DNA of 44,303 nucleotides, taken from positions 1 through 44,303 of the IMG/VR virus record IMGVR_UViG_3300045988_039959; one strand, 5' to 3'. The DNA comes from a virus. Shown in pieces: positions 1-8,188 of this stretch. How positions within the stretch are numbered: position 1 is the stretch's first letter; the number at the start of each line of letters is the position of its first letter. Both the position numbers and the translations under genes were made by a program. The notes beneath the pieces were generated by a model that saw nothing but the letters and a program-made list of their open reading frames with translations, had not been told where the DNA came from and ran no database searches.

Positions 1-158
1 CCAGCGGCTATTCCAGCACGGCGGGTTCGAGCGGCGATTACAGCACGGCGGGTTCGAGCGGCTATTCCAGCACGGCGGGTTCCAGCGGCTATTCCAGCAC
101 GGCGGGTTCCAGCGGCTATTCCAGCACGGCGGGTTCGAGCGGCGATTACAGCACGGCG
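1..158 (+). repeat. 27-bp in-frame tandem repeats (agcacggcgggttcSagcggcKattMc), continuation of the array at 44127..44303
   Basis: Five full 27-nt units (15..149) plus partial units. Two variants encode STAGSSGYS or STAGSSGDY. Confidence 0.9.
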
Positions 159-392
159 GCAGCCACTGGGGCTTATTGCAACGCAAAAGCAGACGGAAAA
201 GATAGCATTGCCGTTGTAAACGGTGCTTGCGGTAAGGCGTGCGGCGCACTGGGCTGCTATCTGGTGCTGACCGAGTACGATGATGACGGCAATATGTTGC
301 TGGCCAAAATGGCAAAGGTTGACGGAGCCGTTATCAAAGAGAACACCTGGTACACCCTCAAAAATGGCGAGTTTGTGGAGGCTGCACCGTGA
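3..392 (+). CDS. C-terminal part of the repeat-containing protein that starts at 43788 (gene spans the contig junction)
   Basis: Open frame from window start with no start codon. STAGSSG(Y/D)(S/Y) repeats continue those at the window end. Stop TGA at 390..392. Confidence 0.7.
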   Translation, partial: SGYSSTAGSSGDYSTAGSSGYSSTAGSSGYSSTAGSSGYSSTAGSSGDYSTAAATGAYCNAKADGKDSIAVVNGACGKACGALGCYLVLTEYDDDGNMLLAKMAKVDGAVIKENTWYTLKNGEFVEAAP

Positions 393-506
393 AGAAGCAC
401 TACAACAAGCGTTGGCTTGAACAGCGCTGGGATGCAAGGCAGCCGGAGCGGTTGGAGCATATCCGGCTGAAGCAGCAGCTGAGAGAGAAAAAGGAGGTGG
501 ACGATA

Positions 507-743
507 ATGAAGCCGAACATGGGAATCGCAGAGTGCGTCCAGATTCTTCGGGACAACAACATCTCAAAGACCGAAAAGGTCTTGAGAGCGCAGATCCAGG
601 CGGGAATTTTCCCGGAGTGGTCAAAGCCGTCCGTAGGAACAAAAGAGCCTTGCCCTGACATCTCCCGTGCCAGGTTTATGGCGTGGGTGAAGGATTTTTA
701 CAAGCTCGAAAAGGTTTATACAAAGGAGGATCCGAAAGAATGA
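507..743 (+). CDS. Hypothetical early protein (78 aa)
   Basis: AGGAGG 6-7 nt upstream of ATG. Protein-like composition, unlike the overlapping 389..658 frame. Confidence 0.6.
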   Translation: MKPNMGIAECVQILRDNNISKTEKVLRAQIQAGIFPEWSKPSVGTKEPCPDISRARFMAWVKDFYKLEKVYTKEDPKE

Positions 744-1024
744 AACTCAAATCTACTACTTACTACTGGTTGGCTGTCGTTTTTGGCGGCGTTGGGATGG
801 GCGCAGCTATGGGCGCAGAGGGCACCGCGCAGACCACCGGATACATTTCCGGCACGCTGTTTACGGTTTCGCTGGTGCTGATTCTGGCTGCTGTCCTGCT
901 GGCAAGGCTGGGCTTTGCCGCGGAGGATAGGGAAAGAGCTGCAAAGCGGCGCCTCTATGGAAAGATCCGGCGCAATCACGCCCGCAATGCGGAGTATCCG
1001 CAGGATCAGGAGCGCGGAGCATGA
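740..1024 (+). CDS. Small membrane protein (two predicted TM helices)
   Basis: ATG at 740 preceded by AAAGGAGGA. ATGA overlap with the upstream stop. Hydrophobic stretches YYWLAVVFGGVGMGAAMG and LFTVSLVLILAAVLLA. Confidence 0.6.
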   Translation: MKLKSTTYYWLAVVFGGVGMGAAMGAEGTAQTTGYISGTLFTVSLVLILAAVLLARLGFAAEDRERAAKRRLYGKIRRNHARNAEYPQDQERGA

Positions 1025-1230
1025 TGACGGCCAAAGAGTACGTTGAGGGCAAAGTCAAATCCTACACGCGGCTTGCCGAACGCTGCAAGCGAGAAGCCGA
1101 AGCATCAGATGACATTGTTGTCCGGGCCGGATACTCCGCACGGGCAAACGTCTGGGAGATGTGCGCCGAAGAAATGGACAACGTGCGGGAGATGTTGCAA
1201 GAGGAGTCTGGGGAGATCACATATGCCTGA
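1021..1230 (+). CDS. Hypothetical protein (69 aa)
   Basis: ATGA-type coupling to the upstream gene. Charged helical composition. Confidence 0.5.
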   Translation: MMTAKEYVEGKVKSYTRLAERCKREAEASDDIVVRAGYSARANVWEMCAEEMDNVREMLQEESGEITYA

Positions 1231-1373
1231 CAATGTCCTCCATGTCATGTGGTACACCGTGTATGACGCAAAAAAAGAAAGAGCCTGTCCGTGCTCCGAC
1301 ACGGACAAGCCCAAAGGGTGATGAGTTCGCCGCCCATCACCACAAAAATAACACAAAACAGGAGGTTTTACAA

Positions 1374-1565
1374 GTGGCGCTTATGCAGATCTATGACGGG
1401 CTTGAAAACCCGCCGAAACTTTTAGAGAGACACTCTGCGCAGACAGTTGGAGAGCTTGTCAGACAGGCGGATGCGCTGTCCGAAAAGGAACACGCGCAAG
1501 GTTATCCCCGCAATACCTACATCGTATATAACAACGATGGTGAGAGAGTTTATCAGAGGTGGTGA
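1374..1565 (+). CDS. Hypothetical protein (63 aa)
   Basis: GTG at 1374, 8 nt after GGAGG (1361..1365). Alternative ATG at 1383. The upstream part of ORF 1161..1565 looks off-frame. Confidence 0.45.
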   Translation: MALMQIYDGLENPPKLLERHSAQTVGELVRQADALSEKEHAQGYPRNTYIVYNNDGERVYQRW

Positions 1566-1571
1566 ATAATT

Positions 1572-2501
1572 ATGCAAGAAGAACTGACTGTCCGTGTCGA
1601 GCACCCGGAACTGCCCGCGATCCGGTGGAATGAAGATGAGGTCCGGCAGAACCTGACCGAAATGCTGGCCGCCTACACCGGCCGGGTCTACACCCCGGAG
1701 ACCATCAAGGACGCTAAGGCCGACCGCGCCTCCGTGAACAAGCTGGACAAGCAGCTCAGCGATGCCGCCCGCAGCGCAAAGACCTTTTATATGAAGCCTC
1801 TGGAGGAGTTTTTGCAGAGCACCAAGCAGATGCAGGCCCAGTGCAAGGCCGTCTCCGGGGCCATTGACCAGCAGGTGAAGGCGGTGGAAGAAGCCGAACG
1901 GCAGGACAAGCAGGATGCGCTGCGGGCCGTTTATACCGACTGCATCGGAGAACTGCGGGAGCTGATCCCCTTTGACCGCCTGCTTGTGCCCCAGTGGCTC
2001 AATAAAACCTATGACCTGGCAAAGGCCAGCCGGGAGCTGCGCAAGAGCGTGGAGACCCGGCGGGAAGAACTGCGGCTGATCCGGGAGACCTGCGGCGAGG
2101 ATGCCGAAGCCTGCACCACGGAGTATCTGCGTGAGCTGAATCTGAACGCCGCCCTTGTGGAGCACAGCCGCCGCCAGAATGCCCGGGATGCACAGCGCCG
2201 CGCAGAGGCCGAACGGAAGGCCACAGAGCGCGCGCAGGCCGCCGCCCCGGTCATTATCCCACCGACCGATGAAGAACGCCAGATCGCCGCAGAAGCGGCT
2301 CAGACGGCGCAGGCCAATGCAGCCATCACGCCGGATGGAAGATTGGATTTTGGCATGCTTCAGCGCTTTGCAGCACCTGCACAGCCGGAACCCCCTGCCC
2401 GCAAGAGATATAGCTTCTGGGTGGAGTTCACCCCGGAAGACATCGCATGGTTCAAGCAGGGAGCCGCCGAGCGCGGGTTCCGTTATGGCTCTATCAAATA
2501 A
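1572..2501 (+). CDS. DUF1351-like phage protein (commonly found upstream of RecT)
   Basis: 309 aa. The N-terminal pattern (LP.I.WN.. V...L...L..Y) and the coiled-coil middle recall the DUF1351 family. Sits directly before recT. Confidence 0.55.
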   Translation: MQEELTVRVEHPELPAIRWNEDEVRQNLTEMLAAYTGRVYTPETIKDAKADRASVNKLDKQLSDAARSAKTFYMKPLEEFLQSTKQMQAQCKAVSGAIDQQVKAVEEAERQDKQDALRAVYTDCIGELRELIPFDRLLVPQWLNKTYDLAKASRELRKSVETRREELRLIRETCGEDAEACTTEYLRELNLNAALVEHSRRQNARDAQRRAEAERKATERAQAAAPVIIPPTDEERQIAAEAAQTAQANAAITPDGRLDFGMLQRFAAPAQPEPPARKRYSFWVEFTPEDIAWFKQGAAERGFRYGSIK

Positions 2502-2519
2502 TTTTGGAGGTATTTACTT

Positions 2520-3371
2520 ATGGCACTCACTCGACCCGGCGCGGCTGCGCCCACTTTGTCCGTTCCCAACGCCCAGACTGTGGCAAACCGTTCCTTGCAG
2601 AGCGCAAGCCGTGCAGGCAGCACGGCCCTGCAGGCTGCGTCCCCGTCCGTGCCGGTGGAGATCACCGGTGCCGACGGTCAGCACTTCACCGTGAGTTTTG
2701 GAGACGTGCGCAACTTTATCTGCCCCAAGGCTACCGACGCAGAATGCAAGATTTTTCTGGAGACCTGCAAGCAGTATCACTTAAACCCCTTCACCAAAGA
2801 AGCTTACCTGATCCACTACGACAACAAAAACGAGGACACCGCAAGCACCATCGTGCTGGGCAAGAACTGCTATATGCAGATGGCCGAACGTCACCCGTCA
2901 TTTGACGGCTTTGAAGCGGGTGTCATCGTGCTGACAGCTGACGGTCAGTTACTGAACCGCGAGGGCTCCATTGTCTACGACGGGGGCGGCGGCGAGACCC
3001 TTCTCGGCGGCTGGGCCAAAGTCTACCGCAAGGACCGCACCCGCGCCAGCTACGAGGAAGTAAAGCTCAGCGAGTACGACACCGGGAAATCCCTTTGGAA
3101 CGGCAAGAAGGCTACCATGATCCGCAAGGTGGCGCTGGTGCACGCCCTGCGCGAGGCCTTTCCGTCCACATTTGGCGCGCTTTACGATGAGAGCGAGGTT
3201 TCTGTCCATGTGGATGCCGAAGGCACCGCCCGCGAGGTGGACCCGGAAGACCTGCCCGTCCTGGACCCCTACGCAGGCACCAAGCGCCCCCGCAAGACGG
3301 CCGGAACCCTTCCCCCTGCGCCGGAGGAGCCTGCTGTTGAAGATGATCCGTTCCGGGGTGATGATGCATGA
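2520..3371 (+). CDS. recT: RecT/Bet-family single-strand annealing recombinase
   Basis: GGAGG upstream. Motifs CK.YHLNPFTKEAYLI, GKNCYMQMAERHP.FDG and KKATMIRKVALVHALREAFP are typical of RecT. Confidence 0.85.
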   Translation: MALTRPGAAAPTLSVPNAQTVANRSLQSASRAGSTALQAASPSVPVEITGADGQHFTVSFGDVRNFICPKATDAECKIFLETCKQYHLNPFTKEAYLIHYDNKNEDTASTIVLGKNCYMQMAERHPSFDGFEAGVIVLTADGQLLNREGSIVYDGGGGETLLGGWAKVYRKDRTRASYEEVKLSEYDTGKSLWNGKKATMIRKVALVHALREAFPSTFGALYDESEVSVHVDAEGTAREVDPEDLPVLDPYAGTKRPRKTAGTLPPAPEEPAVEDDPFRGDDA

Positions 3372-3889
3372 TCGTCCAGACCAAGAACGGCATCATGCTG
3401 CACGGCGAGATCGCCAAAGACCCGGTGCTCCGGGATGCCGGGCAGAAGCGGGTGCTGAAGTTTGACCTGAAAGCCAGCCGCACACAGGATGAATCCGGCA
3501 AATGGCAGAGCTTCTTTGTGGGCGTGAACGTCTGGCACGGCATCGACCAGTGGGATGGAATGCTGCAAAAAGGCGATCAGGTCACGGTTTTTGCCCAGAA
3601 GCTGAAAGAGCGGGAGTATAACGGCAAGGCCTACTACGACGTGGACGCGGATGATGTTCAGCCCGGCGGGCTGGTAACGTTCCGCTGGCTGCAACAGATG
3701 ATTGATCTGATGTCGCAACCGACCCCGCCGCCGGAGCCGGATGCGGTGCAGACCAGCCTGACCGGTGCACAGATGTACCCCGGTGAAGCTCTTGCGGATT
3801 ACGCGCCGCGCAGCACTGCTGCACCCGAAGCGGTCCCCTCTACCGAGTATGATCCCATCAACGAAGATGCGGAGGACCTTCCGTTCTGA
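3368..3889 (+). CDS. ssb: Single-stranded DNA-binding protein
   Basis: ATGA overlap with recT. OB-fold-like N-terminus, disordered P/A-rich linker and acidic C-terminal tip EDAEDLPF (SSB tail motif D-(L/I)-P-F). Confidence 0.8.
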   Translation: MIVQTKNGIMLHGEIAKDPVLRDAGQKRVLKFDLKASRTQDESGKWQSFFVGVNVWHGIDQWDGMLQKGDQVTVFAQKLKEREYNGKAYYDVDADDVQPGGLVTFRWLQQMIDLMSQPTPPPEPDAVQTSLTGAQMYPGEALADYAPRSTAAPEAVPSTEYDPINEDAEDLPF

Positions 3890-3942
3890 TTTTGCAAGCT
3901 GCGCTATCTGGCTATACGGGCGTGTAAAGGAGGTGAAAGCGG

Positions 3943-4716
3943 TTGAAAGAGGAAGAACAGAAAAGCATAGTCATTTACAAATCATGGAAAAAGCCATTGC
4001 GTAAATTGTCTCTGGAGCAAAAAGGCAGGATTTTTGATGCGCTGCTTGATTTCCCTGATCCACCGAATTTTGAGGACGACCAGAAGCTCGAAATGGCGTG
4101 GGATTTTATGTCTGAGGCGGTGGAATCAAATTCTAAAAAATGGAACGAAAAACGAGAAAAGAGAGCTGCCGCAGGGCGTAAAGGCGCAGAAGTTACAAAC
4201 GGCAAGCGTCAGCAAAACGCGGCAAATCCGGCAAATGCCGACTTTGACGAGCAAAAACAGCAAAACGCGGCAAATCCGGCTGTATCTGTAAATGGTAATG
4301 TAAATGGTAATGTAAATGGTAATGGTATATCACCTAACGGTGGTGTATATAATAGCGCCGCCCCCGCCGCCGTTGACGTAGAACTTTCTAAAATCGTCCA
4401 GCATTATCAGCAGGCCGTTGGGGACTTCCCGCGCTCTGCGCTGGACAAGCTGCAGAAGTGGAGGCAGGAGTACAGCACAGAGATGATCCTGCTGGCGATT
4501 GACAAAGCCACAGAATCCGGAAAGCGCTCGTGGAGCTACATAAACGGCATATTGTCCGGATGGAAACGGGACGGCCTGCGCACGCCGGGGGACGTGGCAG
4601 CCAACGAACAAAGTCGACAAGCCAGACCGCGAGGCAAGCAGCCAACCGAGACCGTAGACGACCAGCTTGCACGGGTGCTGGCGAAGATGGACAGAGAAAG
4701 AGGGTTTGAGACATGA
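3943..4716 (+). CDS. Replisome organizer with C-terminal DnaD/DnaB_2-like domain
   Basis: TTG start after AGGAGGTGA. The C-terminal segment (ILLAIDKATESGKRSWSYINGILSGWKRDGLRT) matches the DnaD-domain signature. The low-complexity middle contains DNA repeats. Confidence 0.7.
   Translation: MKEEEQKSIVIYKSWKKPLRKLSLEQKGRIFDALLDFPDPPNFEDDQKLEMAWDFMSEAVESNSKKWNEKREKRAAAGRKGAEVTNGKRQQNAANPANADFDEQKQQNAANPAVSVNGNVNGNVNGNGISPNGGVYNSAAPAAVDVELSKIVQHYQQAVGDFPRSALDKLQKWRQEYSTEMILLAIDKATESGKRSWSYINGILSGWKRDGLRTPGDVAANEQSRQARPRGKQPTETVDDQLARVLAKMDRERGFET
4210..4323 (+). repeat. Ori-like repeats inside the replisome-organizer gene
   Basis: 23-bp direct repeat cagcaaaacgcggcaaatccggc at 4210..4232 and 4258..4280. 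Followed by 3 tandem copies of gtaaatggtaat at 4288..4323. Confidence 0.85.
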
Positions 4717-5282
4717 CGCGGGAAGACGTGGCAAAGCTGATCCGCATGAATTTTGTGTTGTACAAGCTGGGTTCCAAGCCGCTGACCGACGAGGAGATGC
4801 AGACCACCATTGATGTGTGGGCATACCAGTTTGGCGATTATGACGGCGATACTGTCAAGCGGGCTTTTCTGGCGGCGAACCGGGTATGCGTTTATCCGGT
4901 CACGGTGGCCGACATCTTCAAGCAGCTTTCCCAGTGTCTTGACCCGTCCGCTGAGTGGGAAGCTCTGGCTGTAGCGGCACGCAAGGCACAGACATTTTTG
5001 AGCTGGCGCAAGTTCCCGATGGTGACCGGGATTGACGAAAAGGGCGGGCTGCTGCGTAGTGACGGGCAGAAAGAGCTGAAAGCCCTTTATGACCAACTCC
5101 CCCCGGCGGCAAAATCCTATGCCGGGAGCGTTGGAGGGCTTGCAGAGCTGGCTGAAATGCCAGACCTTACATACCGCCGTGCCGAATTTTTGAAGCAGGC
5201 GCAGGCCAATATCACCACCGCCCCGCGTGAAGCTGCAAGGCTGCGGGCGAGCGAGCCAACAAGAAAGGAGATCGAAGGATGA
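4713..5282 (+). CDS. Putative helicase-loader-like replication protein (SPP1 G39P-like N-terminal domain)
   Basis: ATGA overlap with the organizer gene. N-terminal pattern E.V.KLI...(F/Y)....W...F.DYD.D.V..AF......YPVTVADI resembles the G39P family as I remember it. Confidence 0.5.
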   Translation: MTREDVAKLIRMNFVLYKLGSKPLTDEEMQTTIDVWAYQFGDYDGDTVKRAFLAANRVCVYPVTVADIFKQLSQCLDPSAEWEALAVAARKAQTFLSWRKFPMVTGIDEKGGLLRSDGQKELKALYDQLPPAAKSYAGSVGGLAELAEMPDLTYRRAEFLKQAQANITTAPREAARLRASEPTRKEIEG

Positions 5283-5470
5283 AGGTTGTTGATACATGCT
5301 TTCACTGCCCCGACCGGCACCCGATCTGCCATGACAGCTGCCAAAAGTACGCCGAGTACAAGCGTAAGCTGAAAGCGCAGCGCATCTACACCAACGCGCA
5401 CCACGAGGCGGAGCGGATCAGCCGCAACGATTTCGACAAAGAGGGATGGATGGGAGGAAGAAAACGGTGA
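5279..5470 (+). CDS. Small Cys/His-rich (probable zinc-binding) protein, paralog of 6123..6338
   Basis: Motif C-x2-C-x5-C-H-D-S-C-Q-K-Y. ATGA overlap upstream. Confidence 0.6.
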   Translation: MKVVDTCFHCPDRHPICHDSCQKYAEYKRKLKAQRIYTNAHHEAERISRNDFDKEGWMGGRKR

Positions 5471-6126
5471 AAGTGCTGATTGCCTGCGAGGAATCGCAGG
5501 AGGTGTGCAAAGCGTTTCGTGCCTGTGGGCATGAAGCCTACTCGTGCGACCTGATCGAGCCATCTGGAGGACACCCGGAATGGCACATTCTCGGTGACTG
5601 CTTAAAGGCCATCGAGGGGGGGCAGGTCGTGACCATGGACGGAACCGTGCATGACGTGCCCCGCTGGGACATGATTATCGCATTTGTCCCCTGCACAAAG
5701 ACGAGCAACGCCGGAGCAAGACACCTGTACAAGGGAGGAAAGCTCAATCTTTCCCGGTATTATGAGGGATTGTGCGGCAAGGCGCTTTTTCTTGCCGTGT
5801 GGGCGGCAGATTGCGAAAAAGTGGTGATTGAGAATCCTACCCCCAGCAAGATTTTTGATTACCCAAAGCCTACGCAGGCAATACAGCCCTATGAATATGG
5901 GCATCCCTACAGCAAGAAAACGCTACTGTGGGAGCGCGGCGTGCCGCCGTTGCATCCGACAAACATTGTAGAGCCTACCGCCACATGGTGCCCGTCCGGC
6001 TCGTATAGTCATAAACACGATGTAAAAAATAAGGGAATGTTTACGACTGATCGGGCGAAGAACAGAGCCAAAACATTTCCGGGAATTGCAAAAGCAATGG
6101 CAGAACAGTGGGGTGAATTGGAATGA
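5446..6126 (+). CDS. DNA (cytosine-5) methyltransferase-like protein, short phage type without a canonical motif I
   Basis: PC(T)xxSxAG (motif IV-like, AFVPCTKTSNAG), IENP (motif VI-like) and C-terminal R.KTFPGIAKAMAEQW (motif X-like). The N-terminus reads LIACEESQEV instead of FxGxG. Start is ATG 5446 or GTG 5467 (GTGA overlap). Confidence 0.55.
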   Translation: MDGRKKTVKVLIACEESQEVCKAFRACGHEAYSCDLIEPSGGHPEWHILGDCLKAIEGGQVVTMDGTVHDVPRWDMIIAFVPCTKTSNAGARHLYKGGKLNLSRYYEGLCGKALFLAVWAADCEKVVIENPTPSKIFDYPKPTQAIQPYEYGHPYSKKTLLWERGVPPLHPTNIVEPTATWCPSGSYSHKHDVKNKGMFTTDRAKNRAKTFPGIAKAMAEQWGELE

Positions 6127-6338
6127 TTACCTGTTGTCTCAACTGCACATCACGCTGCACAGCTTGCCACGACACTTGCGAGAAGTACAAAGCAGAGAAG
6201 AAAGACTTTGAAGAGCACAAGGCTTTCGTGCATGAGCTGAACTACAGCCAGAGCGTGTACCACCGCAACTACGAGGACAAGCACCGGGAACGTGGCAAGA
6301 AGCGGTATCTCGGAAGTGAATTTAGAGGTGAACGATAA
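6123..6338 (+). CDS. Small Cys/His-rich (probable zinc-binding) protein, paralog of 5279..5470
   Basis: Motif C-x2-C-x4-C-H-D-T-C-E-K-Y. ATGA overlap with the methyltransferase-like gene. Confidence 0.6.
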   Translation: MITCCLNCTSRCTACHDTCEKYKAEKKDFEEHKAFVHELNYSQSVYHRNYEDKHRERGKKRYLGSEFRGER

Positions 6339-6614
6339 ATGGGAGCGTTTATTGCAAGACAGCCTAATGGCTTGCTGTGTCGGTTTTCTTCGGTTGTTGA
6401 TTGCATTACCGACTACAACATGACTGAAGATGATTACATCGAAATGTGTGCTGAAAAGGCACGAAAAGAAGCACGAGATGTTCTTGACCATTATATTAAG
6501 CCGTTTGAAATGGTTGACAGGTGTTTCTTCCCGAACAACATGACAATCGAAGAACACAAGCGGATTATGAAAGAAATGGAAGAACCTGCTGACAAGGCAA
6601 CTCGTATTCTTTGA
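6339..6614 (+). CDS. Hypothetical protein (91 aa), AT-richer cassette
   Basis: ATG 7 nt after GAGGTGA, which lies in the 17-nt repeat. Coding-like composition. Confidence 0.55.
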   Translation: MGAFIARQPNGLLCRFSSVVDCITDYNMTEDDYIEMCAEKARKEARDVLDHYIKPFEMVDRCFFPNNMTIEEHKRIMKEMEEPADKATRIL

Positions 6615-6632
6615 ATTTAGAGGTGAACGGGG

Positions 6633-6911
6633 ATGAGCAAAAGAAAGTATAAGCCGGGCTGTTACATCATTTCTCTTGATGATTTGATGAAGCAGGAGTT
6701 TGTTTACTGCGCCGGAAAACTTGTTCACAAAGGATGGTTTGGTAGCTGGCAGCTGTGGTATGCGAAAACTGAGCTTGCCAGACTGCGCATTCGGGAAGCT
6801 GTGAGAACGGAGGAAGAACATGAAACCGAAAACGAAATCCGAGCTGATGGCCGAATGGGCCAGCCAGCCCGGGCAGCTCAAGAAAGAGCGGGAGGTCAAG
6901 GCCGTCCGTAA
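6633..6911 (+). CDS. Hypothetical protein (92 aa); 3' end overlaps the next gene by 92 nt
   Basis: ATG after the second copy of the gaatttagaggtgaacg repeat. The last ~30 aa look like off-frame read-through. Confidence 0.5.
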   Translation: MSKRKYKPGCYIISLDDLMKQEFVYCAGKLVHKGWFGSWQLWYAKTELARLRIREAVRTEEEHETENEIRADGRMGQPARAAQERAGGQGRP

Positions 6912-7308
6912 GGCGATGGACGATGCCCGCGCCGTGATGCAGGACGGTCTGACACGGTACGTCAAGAAAAAGACCAAATCCCGCAGCATGGCAAAAGCTG
7001 AAGCTGACCCATTTGCTGAGCTGGAAGGCTGGGATAGCATGGAGCAGATCCAGGACGCTTACGGATATGGCGAGATCACCGCCGACAGGCGGGACAAGCT
7101 CACCGACCTGTGGGAAGCCCGGGAAGCTGCCAAAAACAGCCGCAAGGGAGCGGACAAGTACCACGACCTTGTGACGGAGATGCTGGAAACGGCCATCCGC
7201 CGGGTGGGCAATGAGTACGCAGATATGCTGTTTGAGTATGACCAGCAGCGCAGGGAAGCTGAAAAGCAGTGCGAGCAGCTGGCAATGGAAGGAATGATGA
7301 AAAAATGA
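6820..7308 (+). CDS. Hypothetical charged/coiled-coil protein (162 aa)
   Basis: GGAGGA 5-6 nt upstream of ATG 6820. K/E-rich helical sequence. Confidence 0.6.
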   Translation: MKPKTKSELMAEWASQPGQLKKEREVKAVRKAMDDARAVMQDGLTRYVKKKTKSRSMAKAEADPFAELEGWDSMEQIQDAYGYGEITADRRDKLTDLWEAREAAKNSRKGADKYHDLVTEMLETAIRRVGNEYADMLFEYDQQRREAEKQCEQLAMEGMMKK

Positions 7309-7808
7309 AAGCTATTTTACTGAGCGTCCAGCCAGTATGGTGCAGCAAGATCGTCCTGAAAGAAAAGACCGTGGAGGTGCGCAAGACGAAGCCGGAGGAC
7401 GTGAAGCCTCCATTCAAGTGCTACATCTACTGCACGAAAGAGCGGTCGAAGATGGGTTGGCTGCGAATCGTCCCCGGCAAAGGCTGGCAGCGGTTGGATG
7501 GTACGGTCATTGGCGAGTTCGTCTGCGACAAGATTTGGGAGCTTGCACCGATATGCCGCGCCCCGGATGATGTCGAAGAAATGGCTTGCATGGACAGAGA
7601 CCGCATTGTCCACTACCTGAACAAGTGTCACGGCTGGGCGTGGCATATCTCTAACCTGAAGATTTATGACCATCCGCGACCGTTGAGCGATTTTACAAGG
7701 CTGCGGGCAACGAAATTTGGATATGAGCCAGTCGAAATCAAGAAGCCGCCTCAGAGCTGGTGTTATGTCGAGGAAGCTCACGAATGGAGGAATGATTGCA
7801 CGGAATGA
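7305..7808 (+). CDS. ASCH (PUA-like) domain protein
   Basis: ATGA overlap at 7305. N-terminus MKAILLSVQPVWCSKIVLKEKTVEVRKTKP is typical of phage ASCH-domain proteins. Confidence 0.65.
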   Translation: MKAILLSVQPVWCSKIVLKEKTVEVRKTKPEDVKPPFKCYIYCTKERSKMGWLRIVPGKGWQRLDGTVIGEFVCDKIWELAPICRAPDDVEEMACMDRDRIVHYLNKCHGWAWHISNLKIYDHPRPLSDFTRLRATKFGYEPVEIKKPPQSWCYVEEAHEWRNDCTE

Positions 7809-8188
7809 TGAAAACAATACACCTGACCCTCTACGGCGAACCCCGCACCAAGAAAAATTCCGCACGCATTCTCCGCACACGCTCCGGGACCCCATTCGTG
7901 GCCCCCAGCAAGGTTTATGTGGATTATGAGACGGACTGCCTGCGGCAAATCAAAAGGCCGAACAGCCCCATCTCTGCCCGCGTGAACGTGAGGTGCGTGT
8001 ACTACATGAAGACCGCCCGCCGGGTCGATCTGGCAAACCTCATTGAGGCTACAACGGACATTCTGGTTAAAGCCCGCGTGCTGGAGGACGACAACAGCAA
8101 GATTGTTGCCGCCCACGATGGCAGCCGGGTGGACTACGACAAGCAGAACCCACGGGCTGAAATTTGGATTGAAGAAATGGATGGATGA
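7796..8188 (+). CDS. rusA: RusA-family Holliday junction resolvase
   Basis: Motifs GEP.TKKNS, RRVDLANLIEATTDILV and VLEDDNSKIV match the RusA pattern (D.DN...K...D). TTG 7796 after GGAGG; alternative ATGs at 7805 and 7808. Confidence 0.75.
   Translation: MHGMMKTIHLTLYGEPRTKKNSARILRTRSGTPFVAPSKVYVDYETDCLRQIKRPNSPISARVNVRCVYYMKTARRVDLANLIEATTDILVKARVLEDDNSKIVAAHDGSRVDYDKQNPRAEIWIEEMDG

Noticed and set aside
389-658. GTG-initiated 89-aa ORF overlapping 507..743.
   Set aside because: Beyond position 507 its translation becomes R/G/P-rich junk, whereas the 507 frame has a strong AGGAGG RBS and protein-like sequence. 393..506 is treated as intergenic.
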